64,000 bases of DNA from NCBI GenBank assembly GCA_964414295.1, contig CAYPVU010000007.1, positions 43,492-107,491 of the forward strand, read 5' to 3'. The notes under the pieces are model-generated. The model saw nothing but the letters and a program-made list of their open reading frames with translations, had not been told where the DNA came from and did not search any database. The stretch is from an uncultured Candidatus Saccharibacteria bacterium (GTDB taxonomy: Bacteria > Patescibacteriota > Dojkabacteria > J137). Positions 37,566 to 47,186 of the stretch are shown here, piece after piece. The position numbers and the translations under genes are program-made. Each line of letters begins with the position of its first letter. The stretch's first letter is position 1.

Positions 37566-39110
37566 TTACCACCACCTTGGATCATCTCCATCCCAATAAG
37601 AAGGCCTGCTTCCATACCAACTTTGTCCCCCACCTCTGAGTAAAGCTGCTGCTTCTCCAGTAATGACTTGAACTCCAGGTCTGTCTTTTTCTGCAACTTT
37701 TAGTAATACCATAGTAAATGCATCGACCAAATCATCATGTTTTTCTACACCAAAATATATAAGTTGCTGTATTAAATCTTCAGCTCCATTTCTCGGAAAT
37801 AGAACTTGACCTAATCGAATAAATGGAGTGACAGAATTTAATCTTGATCTTTTATCTTGTCCATGAACTTTAAACCCTTTTGCATTCAGTCCTTTATTTT
37901 TTAATTGCTGAATTACCGATGCTTGATATCCTACCTCTTCAATATATACTTCAGGTCTTCTGCCATAATGTTGCTCACGGCCTTTTTCTTTCAATACCTC
38001 AATTGTTGTTGGAAACTCAACTCTTTTATTAAATGGATGCGGTAAAATGTAAACCTTCAATTTTTCAAGGTTCCCAAATACATGTGCCGTTACCATAGCA
38101 CTGTAGTCTGCAGAATCATTCATAGAAATAGCTAGATCAACTCCGATAATTGTATACTCGTAATCTTTAGTATTTTCAGGCAAGGTGTCATAATATTGTA
38201 TCCATTCTCGATAAACTAGCTGATCATCTTCAGGAATAATTTTAAGCATGTATTCTCTTTGCCATGCTTTATCATCTCCTATGATGTTTTTAAAATCATT
38301 AATGGCATCCATATCCTTAAATTTACTTAGCCAAAGTATGTTATTGTTGCTATCTACAATTGGATATTCTCGAAATATTGCATTCATATTTTCTTCAGTA
38401 ATTTTCTTCTTTAATCTCATAAGAAGAGAATCTTCGTGCAAAAGATTTCCAATCATTATTATTTTTGTAGTTTGATCACCAAGAGGAATAACTTCACCAG
38501 TTAACCATGAATATGTTTTATCTCTGCTTTCTTTTGTTTTAATAGTAGCTAGATCTTCAACATCATCACAGATTATTAAATCAGGTCTATGAGCTCCATG
38601 TCTAATACCTCGAATACTTTGCTCACTAGAAGCTGCAATAATTCTTGCATTAAATTTTGGAAGAACCAATGAGTATGAACCCCATTCATCAGATTCTTCT
38701 TCTAAAGCTCCTAAATCATTTCTTAAAACTTCATTACTTTCTAGCTCACGTTTTAAATTGGCAAAGTGAGTTCTAACTTGTTGTTGAGTTTGAGAAATTA
38801 TTACAACACATTTCTTTTGTTGCTTACCTAAAATTGCCCATAGAGGGTATGACATTGTCATGATTGTTGATTTAGCAGATCCTCTAAATGCAATGATTAC
38901 TGCCATCTTTATTTCATCATCTTCAGTTATTTTGAACATTTCTCTTTGAAAATCAGCTGTAGGGTAAGCAACATACTCACTAAAATATAGATGAAAAAAC
39001 CAATAATGACTTTCTCTTGTCAATTCTTTTCTAGCTCTTTTATCAACTAGAATCTTTTCAATTATTTCCATAGGCATCTCGAAATCTTTATTAATTTGTT
39101 TCTTGTTCAT
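37566..39110 (-). CDS. Phage terminase large subunit
   Basis: AFRGSAKST, IRGIRH, IICDDVED, WQREY, IGVDLA, YIEEVGYQ, DKRSR, HDDLVDA. Confidence 0.9.
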   Translation of the reverse strand: MNKKQINKDFEMPMEIIEKILVDKRARKELTRESHYWFFHLYFSEYVAYPTADFQREMFKITEDDEIKMAVIIAFRGSAKSTIMTMSYPLWAILGKQQKKCVVIISQTQQQVRTHFANLKRELESNEVLRNDLGALEEESDEWGSYSLVLPKFNARIIAASSEQSIRGIRHGAHRPDLIICDDVEDLATIKTKESRDKTYSWLTGEVIPLGDQTTKIIMIGNLLHEDSLLMRLKKKITEENMNAIFREYPIVDSNNNILWLSKFKDMDAINDFKNIIGDDKAWQREYMLKIIPEDDQLVYREWIQYYDTLPENTKDYEYTIIGVDLAISMNDSADYSAMVTAHVFGNLEKLKVYILPHPFNKRVEFPTTIEVLKEKGREQHYGRRPEVYIEEVGYQASVIQQLKNKGLNAKGFKVHGQDKRSRLNSVTPFIRLGQVLFPRNGAEDLIQQLIYFGVEKHDDLVDAFTMVLLKVAEKDRPGVQVITGEAAALLRGGGQSWYGSRPSYWDGDDPRWW

Positions 39111-39492
39111 CTTCTGAATTATTAACAGATAAATTAAACGCCATGCTCAACGATTTTCTAATCGTTTCTTTTTGTTCTTCAGTTAGCGGAAGATCAGCAC
39201 TTTTAGTAGTAACTTCTAACTTTGGAGAGTATTGCTTATGGTGATTTTTAAGCCAGAATATGATCCCTGTCATATTTCCATTTTTAATTGATGTTATTAA
39301 TTGGCTCTCAGCCATATCATTAACCAACTGAGAGCCCTCATTTAAAGCAAATTCCGCTTCTTCAGCAAATTTCTGATCTCTTTTCTTCCATCTATAGAAT
39401 GTCGCTCTGCCGATTCCAATCTTTTTACAAGCAACTTCAATGACTGGAGTTTTTCTTAGTTGTTCAACTAATTCTTTCTTTTTATTTTTCAT
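39091..39492 (-). CDS. HTH protein, putative terminase small subunit
   Basis: ACKKIGIGRATFYRWKKRD..F...AESQL...IIFWLK; overlaps terL. Confidence 0.75.
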   Translation of the reverse strand: MKNKKKELVEQLRKTPVIEVACKKIGIGRATFYRWKKRDQKFAEEAEFALNEGSQLVNDMAESQLITSIKNGNMTGIIFWLKNHHKQYSPKLEVTTKSADLPLTEEQKETIRKSLSMAFNLSVNNSEDEQETN

Positions 39493-42287
39493 GATATTTT
39501 TACTCCTTTCTTACCAGTTAATTTTTCCCAACGATTCTTAATTACTTCTGCATAAACTGGTGATTTTTCCATTAAGTAACATCTTCTTTTCATTTTTGTT
39601 GATGCGATTAGTGTTGAACCGCTTCCTCCAAATGGTTCAATTATCAAATCATCCCTTTGGGTCAGAACTTTAATGTATGGAATTAGAATTTCGAGTGGCT
39701 TAGTTCCAAAAATAATTCCTTGACCAGAACTTTTTTCATCTGAAGCTTTATATTCAATAAAGTCAGTTGGCTGAATCTTTTTTCCTTTTTCATATCCTTC
39801 CCAGTGTGGTTTACCAGCAGTTGCATAGAGAGCAGATTCGTATTCATTTTGTAGAAGCTCATCTTCTGGTTCTAAGTTCAAAGTTTCTTTATTTTCAGTT
39901 GACCCAACCATAGCAATATCATGCTTCGAAAAGAATTTATATTTAGCTGCAAATCCTTGATTCCTATTTGGGAGATGCCAAACTAACATATTCTTAACTT
40001 TCCAGTATTTTTCCATTTCATTCCAAATTGTTCTAATGTTTTTCCAATTTTCATAAACGATAATATGAAAGTTGTCCTTCGAAATTTTAGATACATTCCC
40101 CATCCATAGCTCTGTAAAGTTATCCGGGAGCTCATCTAACTGATTCTCGTGTTGATAATTAATTGACCTAGAAATTAAATATTTTAAAGGCTTAGAATTA
40201 ATCCAATCAAAAATTAATATGGAATAAAATTTCAAGAGATTAATTTGCTTTTCATTTTTTGCAAGTTTAAGTATCTGATCTCTGCCTACCTCTTCTTCTT
40301 GCCAGTTATAGTATTTGTGCATAAATTTTAGCACTTCAAGAATTTCATTTGTTGTTGGGTTACTAGTGAGCTTAATAAGAGAGTTACTATCTAGTTTCAA
40401 GATTTGATTCTGATACTCTAGACTAATTGATGATGAAACCTTAAGTATATCCATTGGAACTTTATTTGAATTAGTTTCATTTTCAAGAACCTTAGCCGAG
40501 TCAGGGATTTCTGTTAGGAGTGTGTTTAAAAATACTGATCCGGTTCTTTCGATTGAGTGCAGAAGTGCGATATTTGAATAGTGATTTAAGATTTCTACTT
40601 CGTAATTGGTGTTACTTTTTCTAGTTAACTCATGGTCTCCTAGAGTTAAAAATATATTCTCATAAAACTTTTTCTGTCCATCTATAACTTGCGATTTTAC
40701 TTTCGGCGGTTTTTCTTTTGAGAAAAGATCTTCAAGTACACTTTTCTTATTCCAGTCTTTAGCATTCTTTTCTTTAACGACAAAGATGTTGCCTGAGAAT
40801 TCCTTACTAAGCCTACCAGCTCTACCAATAAGATTCAGGAAATCTACCTTTCTAAAGTTTGACATACCGATTTTCTCACTAAGTATGAATATATTTTTTG
40901 CTGGAAGATTCACTCCTTCTAATAATGTTGAAGTACAAAAAAGATAATCCAGATGACCGTTCCTAAATAAATTCTCTAGTTGGACTCTAATTCTCTGAGG
41001 TAGATCACCAAAATGAAATCCTATTCCTTTTTTAAGGCAATTTATTAAATAATATTCTTCATGAATAGTTTCTTTTATTAGCTTTATAAGTTGATTAACC
41101 TTTTCGTCATTCTTATCCAATAGTTGCTCCGAAAATTGAATAGCATAATCTCTTGTTTTATTTTTAGAATTACAATAAATTATACTTTTCCCAGTTCCAG
41201 AAATTGAAGTTATCCATTCAAATAAGCCTTTATCGTTATTCAAATGCATAGAACTTGTTTCAAATTCTCCAATAATTTTTAATTCTTGATCCTGGAGATC
41301 AAGGAAATATTTATTTTGTGATACTGGACTTTCAATAGTATAAAAAGATTCATCAGTGCTCTTATCAAAAAGTTTCAGGTAAATCTCAGGATTAGATATG
41401 TTTGGTGATGCAAAGTATAGTTTCATAGATTTCTTTTGCGCCTGCAAAATCGCATGATAATACAAAGGACTTCTTGTATCTTTTTCTGATATGACTTTAT
41501 GTGCTTCGTCAATAAACAAATATTCAATTGAAGGATTATTTTTGTCAGATATGTATGATATTAACCTCTCAGGAGTGAAAATAAATATGTAATTATTACC
41601 CTTATTTTTTATGTATTGTGGAATTTTCGGATGAACTAGTATTTCGAAATTATTAATCTCTTTAAAATTCTCCTTAAGCTTTAAAAGATTTTGATTGATT
41701 AGTGCACGTGTTGGCACTAGAATTGCAATATTATCCTTAATTTTTTCTTCAATAATTAAATATTTTATAAATGATTCAATAATAAATGACTTTCCTAATG
41801 ATGTTGGACCAGAGAAGCTAAAATGTTGATTTTTCTTTAGTAGTTCAAATATATTGTACTGGCTATCCGTAAATACAAGTTCTGAATTAGGAACAGCTTG
41901 AATTGAGCGTTTTATAGTTTCTTCATATTGATTTTCAGTAGGAATTTGAAATTCAGCATTACTTCTTGTCTTTTCAAAAAATTTAATAGCAGGGAAATTC
42001 CCAAGTTTAACTAATATTACTTTTAAGATGTTTTCTATAATTTGAGGAGATTTATGATACTCAAAAATAAGACTAACTATTTTATATGCTAAATTTCTTG
42101 CCATTTCATTTTGTGACGAAGATAATATGTCTGCAAACCTCAATAAGTGATAGAATTCTTTTTCAGATAGACCTTCATCAATTTCAGTACTCAGTATATT
42201 CTCATAGGATATATTCACCTCAAGTTTAGTTATAATTTTCGCAAGGTAGTTATCATTAAGTGCTTTTTTTGCTAACTGTTCTATCAT
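39489..42287 (-). CDS. hamB: Hachiman HamB-like Ski2/DEAH helicase fused in frame to the C-terminal half of an N6/N4 DNA methyltransferase
   Basis: GPTSLGKS, VPTRAL, TPER, DEAH, FHFG, TSTLLEGVNLPA, GRAGR; the last ~215 aa have TKPLE, EPFGGSGSTLIA, MEKSPVYAEVIKNRW. Confidence 0.8.
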   Translation of the reverse strand: MIEQLAKKALNDNYLAKIITKLEVNISYENILSTEIDEGLSEKEFYHLLRFADILSSSQNEMARNLAYKIVSLIFEYHKSPQIIENILKVILVKLGNFPAIKFFEKTRSNAEFQIPTENQYEETIKRSIQAVPNSELVFTDSQYNIFELLKKNQHFSFSGPTSLGKSFIIESFIKYLIIEEKIKDNIAILVPTRALINQNLLKLKENFKEINNFEILVHPKIPQYIKNKGNNYIFIFTPERLISYISDKNNPSIEYLFIDEAHKVISEKDTRSPLYYHAILQAQKKSMKLYFASPNISNPEIYLKLFDKSTDESFYTIESPVSQNKYFLDLQDQELKIIGEFETSSMHLNNDKGLFEWITSISGTGKSIIYCNSKNKTRDYAIQFSEQLLDKNDEKVNQLIKLIKETIHEEYYLINCLKKGIGFHFGDLPQRIRVQLENLFRNGHLDYLFCTSTLLEGVNLPAKNIFILSEKIGMSNFRKVDFLNLIGRAGRLSKEFSGNIFVVKEKNAKDWNKKSVLEDLFSKEKPPKVKSQVIDGQKKFYENIFLTLGDHELTRKSNTNYEVEILNHYSNIALLHSIERTGSVFLNTLLTEIPDSAKVLENETNSNKVPMDILKVSSSISLEYQNQILKLDSNSLIKLTSNPTTNEILEVLKFMHKYYNWQEEEVGRDQILKLAKNEKQINLLKFYSILIFDWINSKPLKYLISRSINYQHENQLDELPDNFTELWMGNVSKISKDNFHIIVYENWKNIRTIWNEMEKYWKVKNMLVWHLPNRNQGFAAKYKFFSKHDIAMVGSTENKETLNLEPEDELLQNEYESALYATAGKPHWEGYEKGKKIQPTDFIEYKASDEKSSGQGIIFGTKPLEILIPYIKVLTQRDDLIIEPFGGSGSTLIASTKMKRRCYLMEKSPVYAEVIKNRWEKLTGKKGVKIS

Positions 42288-42288
42288 A

Positions 42289-43200
42289 TTAGGATGTTAT
42301 AGATTGAGTTATATCAGTTCTAGCTTTATCTAGTTCTGTAAAAGGTAAAATGTATAGATAAAAGCAATGGCCAGCTAAATCATGTTCACTAATCTTATTT
42401 GAAATATTTTTGAACTGACCTTCCACTTCTTTTCTTATTTTATTATTTATAGAATTTCTAAAATCATTATTTGACAATCTCTTTTCTTCGGGAGATAGCT
42501 CTATCTCATAACCTATAAATATCCCAAAAGCATCATCTACCTGGAAACTATTACTTTCTTTTGGATAAATCAAATCTTGAATGATTGAAATTTCCTCAGC
42601 TGTGAAAGATTCATTCTCTAGGTGGCTACTAATAAGGGCCTTCTCAAAATTAATCCCACTTTTTTCATCCCCTTTATTATTTACCTCATTTTTGAAATCT
42701 GATATAGATTTTAAGGCTTCACTTATGGCATTCGTAAGATCCTTTATTGTTTTGGACTCTCCAAATATGATTTGATAGTTACCATTTTCTAGTCTAAGAA
42801 AATGGATACCGTCTGAGCCATTTACATAAAATTTATTAGATGTCTTTAATTCTAGTTTAGATAATATTTTGGGAGCTTTAAGATGATTTTTTAAAAAACA
42901 ATAAAGCAAAAGCTCACCAAGTTCTCCTGTATTCATTTCCTTTATGAATCTTTCTCTAGCTCGCTTAGATAGAGTGGCCGGTTTCCCTTGTAGTTTTTCT
43001 CTTGTTTTTCCGGATAATGAAAAGTCTATTAAAGGTTCCAATAATCTTTCTTTAATAAGATCATAGTTAAATGAGTTGGCATTAATATTATGGACAAATA
43101 GACTTAGTTTAGTTTTAGGGTTTAGTGGATCTATTTCCCTACTATCTATTAAATTTACAAATGATTCTAAAAAATCATCATTCATATCTATATTTTTCAC
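42289..43200 (-). CDS. hamA: Hachiman HamA (DUF1837) nuclease
   Basis: GELGELLLY, APKILSK.ELKT, GSDGIH, FGESK, YILPF; lies directly upstream of a DEAH helicase. Confidence 0.85.
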   Translation of the reverse strand: MKNIDMNDDFLESFVNLIDSREIDPLNPKTKLSLFVHNINANSFNYDLIKERLLEPLIDFSLSGKTREKLQGKPATLSKRARERFIKEMNTGELGELLLYCFLKNHLKAPKILSKLELKTSNKFYVNGSDGIHFLRLENGNYQIIFGESKTIKDLTNAISEALKSISDFKNEVNNKGDEKSGINFEKALISSHLENESFTAEEISIIQDLIYPKESNSFQVDDAFGIFIGYEIELSPEEKRLSNNDFRNSINNKIRKEVEGQFKNISNKISEHDLAGHCFYLYILPFTELDKARTDITQSITS

Positions 43201-43288
43201 TTATACCAAATAAAATTAGTTGAAATATTTTCATAATGAAATCTCATTCTGATTTTTGGTAGAATTATATCAAAATTATATATAAATT

Positions 43289-44914
43289 ATGCAATATCTT
43301 CAGAATCAACAATATTATGAAGATCGTTATGACTTATTAACTATCGAGCTTTGCCTAGATAAGATTGATTTCGTAAATAAGGTTGCAAAAGATTCTCTTG
43401 ATTCTCCTGATTTCAAAAATACTCCAATCGAAGAGGTTGATAAAGGATGGCGATATGTTCTGCATGAACAGCTTTTAAATACCGAATTACACAGATATAA
43501 GAATCGAGAAACTGAAATAAACAAATCAATAGAAGAAGCCAGACTCAGACAAGATAAGTATGATAATACTCCAGCTCCATCAGTTAAATGCACTACTTGC
43601 AGAAAATTAATGGATGTAACAATGAAGTCACTTGATTGGCATGATACGGATCCAAAGAAAATGCTATTTTTCTTTGAATGCCCTTCATGTAAGAAGCGTA
43701 AACATGTTTGGGAAGATGGAAAGGAATGGATCTATGAACCCGATCTTTGTCCAAAATGTAAGTCAGAAGTTAAGCAAAGTTATAAACGAAAAGGCGATAT
43801 AGTTACTACTATAATAAAATGTACTTCATGTAGTTATAAGAATGTAGAAGTTGATGACTATAAAAAAGATGAGGAAGAAAGATTGCTGAAAAAACAAAAA
43901 GAGAAAGATTTATTAGAAAAATATAGACCAGAGTTTTGTTTATCAAAAGAGAAAGGTGATGAGTTACTGGATGGATTTGAACAGCTCAAGTTTATGAATG
44001 AAGTATATGAATATGAACTTCAAAAATACCAAGATCCAGCTTTTGAAAAAACCTTTAATGTAAAAAAGCTAACCATTATTGAACTTGAAAAGCTACTTAA
44101 TAAAAAGTTAGTTAAATATAAGTTTAAAAAATTAATTTTAGATAAACCCGAAATTACTCGATTTGTCATAGTCCCATTCTCAGTTCAAGATAATGATACA
44201 AATAGAAACAACAAAGATAGTACTAAAGAATTAGAGAAAATAATTAAAGAAACTTTAGAGATAACAAACTGGAGACTTACACCAGATGGTACTTCGTATA
44301 GATTAGGATATATATCAGGAAGGTTAAAAGGCTATGAACGAGATGAAGACCTACATGAATTATTTGGTAAAAAGAATGAAGAACCTAAAACAGAATTAGA
44401 TCCTGAGAAACTTTCAAAGTATTCAAATACTGCTGAAATAGCAAGATTATTTGCTAAGGTAGAAATAACAGATAGGTTAAGAAAGAAGAGATTAGTAAAA
44501 GAACCTGAGGGTTTCTTTTTAGAAGATCGAGAATCTGGTTATTCATGTAATCTTTGCTCTAGAGGTCTTAAAGGCAGTGAATCATGGTGGAACTTAGACG
44601 GTATTCAATGCATAGACTGCAGAAGAAATGTAAAGGAAGGAATAATTCCTGCTGAAATTATTAAGAATCATGATCTTTGGATTGCAAATTGGCAATTTAA
44701 AAGTGAATTTCGATTACATTCTGCTACAGTTAGCAAAATGAAACGAAATGGTGAACTCGTCGGTCGAGAATTAAAAGATTTAGAAGGTAAGACTTACTTT
44801 ACTGTTTACATGGTTGAAGATAATAAAAAGTTCTTTAAGAAGCATAGAAAGACTTCAAGCAATAATAGAAAATGGGAGTTTGTTGATAAGGATGGAATTG
44901 AGATATTACTTTGA
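43289..44914 (+). CDS. Multi-CxxC (Zn-binding) hypothetical protein
   Basis: CTTC, CPSC, CPKC, CTSC, CNLC, CIDC. Confidence 0.7.
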   Translation: MQYLQNQQYYEDRYDLLTIELCLDKIDFVNKVAKDSLDSPDFKNTPIEEVDKGWRYVLHEQLLNTELHRYKNRETEINKSIEEARLRQDKYDNTPAPSVKCTTCRKLMDVTMKSLDWHDTDPKKMLFFFECPSCKKRKHVWEDGKEWIYEPDLCPKCKSEVKQSYKRKGDIVTTIIKCTSCSYKNVEVDDYKKDEEERLLKKQKEKDLLEKYRPEFCLSKEKGDELLDGFEQLKFMNEVYEYELQKYQDPAFEKTFNVKKLTIIELEKLLNKKLVKYKFKKLILDKPEITRFVIVPFSVQDNDTNRNNKDSTKELEKIIKETLEITNWRLTPDGTSYRLGYISGRLKGYERDEDLHELFGKKNEEPKTELDPEKLSKYSNTAEIARLFAKVEITDRLRKKRLVKEPEGFFLEDRESGYSCNLCSRGLKGSESWWNLDGIQCIDCRRNVKEGIIPAEIIKNHDLWIANWQFKSEFRLHSATVSKMKRNGELVGRELKDLEGKTYFTVYMVEDNKKFFKKHRKTSSNNRKWEFVDKDGIEILL

Positions 44915-45007
44915 TTGATTCAAAATTTGTAATGTAATACAAAGCTACTGAATATCTATAGGTGATATAATCTTAAACATCTATTTCAGAACGAGCTTAA
45001 TTCTACT

Positions 45008-46057
45008 ATGGTGAATGTAAATTTTGATAGGGAGTACTATAAAAATTTAATAGCGAAACATGGGTATCAAGAGCTAAATATTTCTGCAATTGACTTCAAT
45101 CTTGGCAATATTAACAAAGATATACTTCAGAGAAAATGGTTATGCCATAGTAAAGGAAACATATTTGCTAAAGAACTTCTAAACACAAAATCAATTGTAA
45201 CAACTGGTATAGGAATAAGTGGTGCTCCACATATGGGCACTTTAGGACAAATTTTTAATTCTATATTCCTTCAAAATCACGGTATCAATACGCAATTTGT
45301 ATTGGGAGATTTAGATGCTTATAACGGTAAAAAGCTTTCATTATCTTACGTAAGAGAACTTTCAGAGCAGTATAAATCATTTATTACTAACTTAGGCTAC
45401 TCTACAACGAATGGAAATATATTAAGGAATCAGTTTGATGCAAATGAAGTTACTAGGACCATGTACCTAATTGCAAAGTTTATAGAAGATAAAGATTTTG
45501 ATAATGTAGAAGAAGATCTTCACAACTTTTATTCTGATAAAGGAAAAGTAGATAAGGATATGTCCTTTAGACGTAAGACTTCTCTTACTCTTATGACTGC
45601 AGATTTTATAGATCTTGTTATCAATCACAGTTTTACTAACGTGTTAGTTACATTAGGAGTAGATGAACATAGGTATGTTTTGTTTTCAGAAAAGATTCTC
45701 GAAAGAGTTATAGAATCCGGTGAAATATTACCGAGCGACAGTAATATAAATTTTGGAGCAATGTACACTCACATAATCAGAGGTTTTAATAACTATCCTA
45801 AAATGTCGAAATCATTCCCTGATTCTTCCATAAATATTGAAATGAATTCAGATGACATAAGAAATAGAATCTTGAATGAAAAAACAAACAAAATTCCAGA
45901 AGAAGACACTGTATATCAAATGATGTGTCTAGTAAGTAAATTTAATAGTGAGGACCTGTCTGAAAGATATATTGCATGCAAAGAAGATAAAGCATTATGG
46001 AAGAAATATAAAAGCGACTATTTAGAATACTTGATAGATATTTTTAAACTGTGGTGA
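45008..46057 (+). CDS. Divergent class Ic aminoacyl-tRNA synthetase-like protein (TrpRS-like)
   Basis: TTGIGISGAPHMGT (HIGH-like), GDLDAY, MTADF, GVDE, KMSKS. Confidence 0.8.
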   Translation: MVNVNFDREYYKNLIAKHGYQELNISAIDFNLGNINKDILQRKWLCHSKGNIFAKELLNTKSIVTTGIGISGAPHMGTLGQIFNSIFLQNHGINTQFVLGDLDAYNGKKLSLSYVRELSEQYKSFITNLGYSTTNGNILRNQFDANEVTRTMYLIAKFIEDKDFDNVEEDLHNFYSDKGKVDKDMSFRRKTSLTLMTADFIDLVINHSFTNVLVTLGVDEHRYVLFSEKILERVIESGEILPSDSNINFGAMYTHIIRGFNNYPKMSKSFPDSSINIEMNSDDIRNRILNEKTNKIPEEDTVYQMMCLVSKFNSEDLSERYIACKEDKALWKKYKSDYLEYLIDIFKLW

Positions 46058-46058
46058 A

Positions 46059-47186
46059 ATGAAAAAATTTGCAAATGGCATACAATTTAATAACCCCTTA
46101 CACGAAGCGATATATCGAATAAACGTAGGGCAAGATATAACGGAAGAGATGGCATACAATGCTTTCACCTACACACTTAATATTGAGGATGAAATCAATC
46201 GTGGAGTCTGCTTAGGAGTATTACTAAATGGGATAGTTTCCAAAAGACCTCAAATACATGAAATCCTCGGTATATTAAAAGCAACGCTTGATTATGACGG
46301 GATTGATATCACAAATCAAAAGAGATTGGAGATGCCTAACAATGCACGAGTAATCGGTTATGCAGGGAGTGGTAAAAAAGGTATAAAAACTATTAATGTA
46401 TCCTCTTGTGCCGCCATTGTAGCTGCCACAGCCGGTACTTATGTGGCAAAATCATGTTCTGGTTCTACATCATCTGTATCAGGATCTGCAGATTTCATTG
46501 AAATTTTAGGTGCTAATATTAGCCAAACCAATGAAGAGATGATAGATATAATGAAAAAGACTGGTTTAGGTTTCTTTAAGATTGAAAAAATGATCCCTAA
46601 ATTTGATAAGGTGTATGGGGGCCATTTTTATGCACCTAATGCTCTAAGCTTTGGATTAGCAGGAATTCTATTACCTTTTAGACCTGACAATTTATTTTAC
46701 GGTTTAGCTCATCCTAATATTCACTTACTTATCAACGTGCTAAAAGAATTAAATTATCGTTATGCATTCGTTGCATCAACAACTGATGATGGAGTGCACT
46801 TTCTTGATGAGATTGGAATATTTGGTATGACTTCAGTTATTGGTATTCAGGAGCATAAGATAGGTCATACTCTTACTTTTTCTCCAGCAGAAGATTTGAA
46901 ATTACAAGGATATAATAGAAGCTCAATTGAACCTGGTAAGTCTAGATTGGAGAATGTGAAAATGGGTGTCGATGTATTAAGAGGGAAAGGCCAAATAGCT
47001 CATGAAGATTTGATTTGTGTAAATGCAGGAACCTTACTATGTTTAGACAAAAAAGCTAAAGATTTAACAGAAGGTTACACTATATCAAAAGAAATTATTA
47101 AATCAGGGAAAGCAATAGAAAAATTAATTGAATTTATTATTGCAACTGGTGGTGATCTCAATACTTTAAATCAGTTTTTAGACTAA
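46059..47186 (+). CDS. Anthranilate phosphoribosyltransferase (TrpD)-fold enzyme, divergent
   Basis: AGSGKKG..TINVSS.AA.VAA.AG..VAK, SSVSGSAD.IE.LG, LDEIG, VNAG. Confidence 0.8.
   Translation: MKKFANGIQFNNPLHEAIYRINVGQDITEEMAYNAFTYTLNIEDEINRGVCLGVLLNGIVSKRPQIHEILGILKATLDYDGIDITNQKRLEMPNNARVIGYAGSGKKGIKTINVSSCAAIVAATAGTYVAKSCSGSTSSVSGSADFIEILGANISQTNEEMIDIMKKTGLGFFKIEKMIPKFDKVYGGHFYAPNALSFGLAGILLPFRPDNLFYGLAHPNIHLLINVLKELNYRYAFVASTTDDGVHFLDEIGIFGMTSVIGIQEHKIGHTLTFSPAEDLKLQGYNRSSIEPGKSRLENVKMGVDVLRGKGQIAHEDLICVNAGTLLCLDKKAKDLTEGYTISKEIIKSGKAIEKLIEFIIATGGDLNTLNQFLD

Noticed and set aside
36207-39492. Intact prophage
   Set aside because: No portal, capsid, tail or lysis genes in the window.
45008-47186. 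Ordinary trpS-trpD tryptophan biosynthesis operon
   Set aside because: No trpE/G/C/F/B/A nearby, substrate-binding motifs are altered, and the partners are tailoring-type enzymes.
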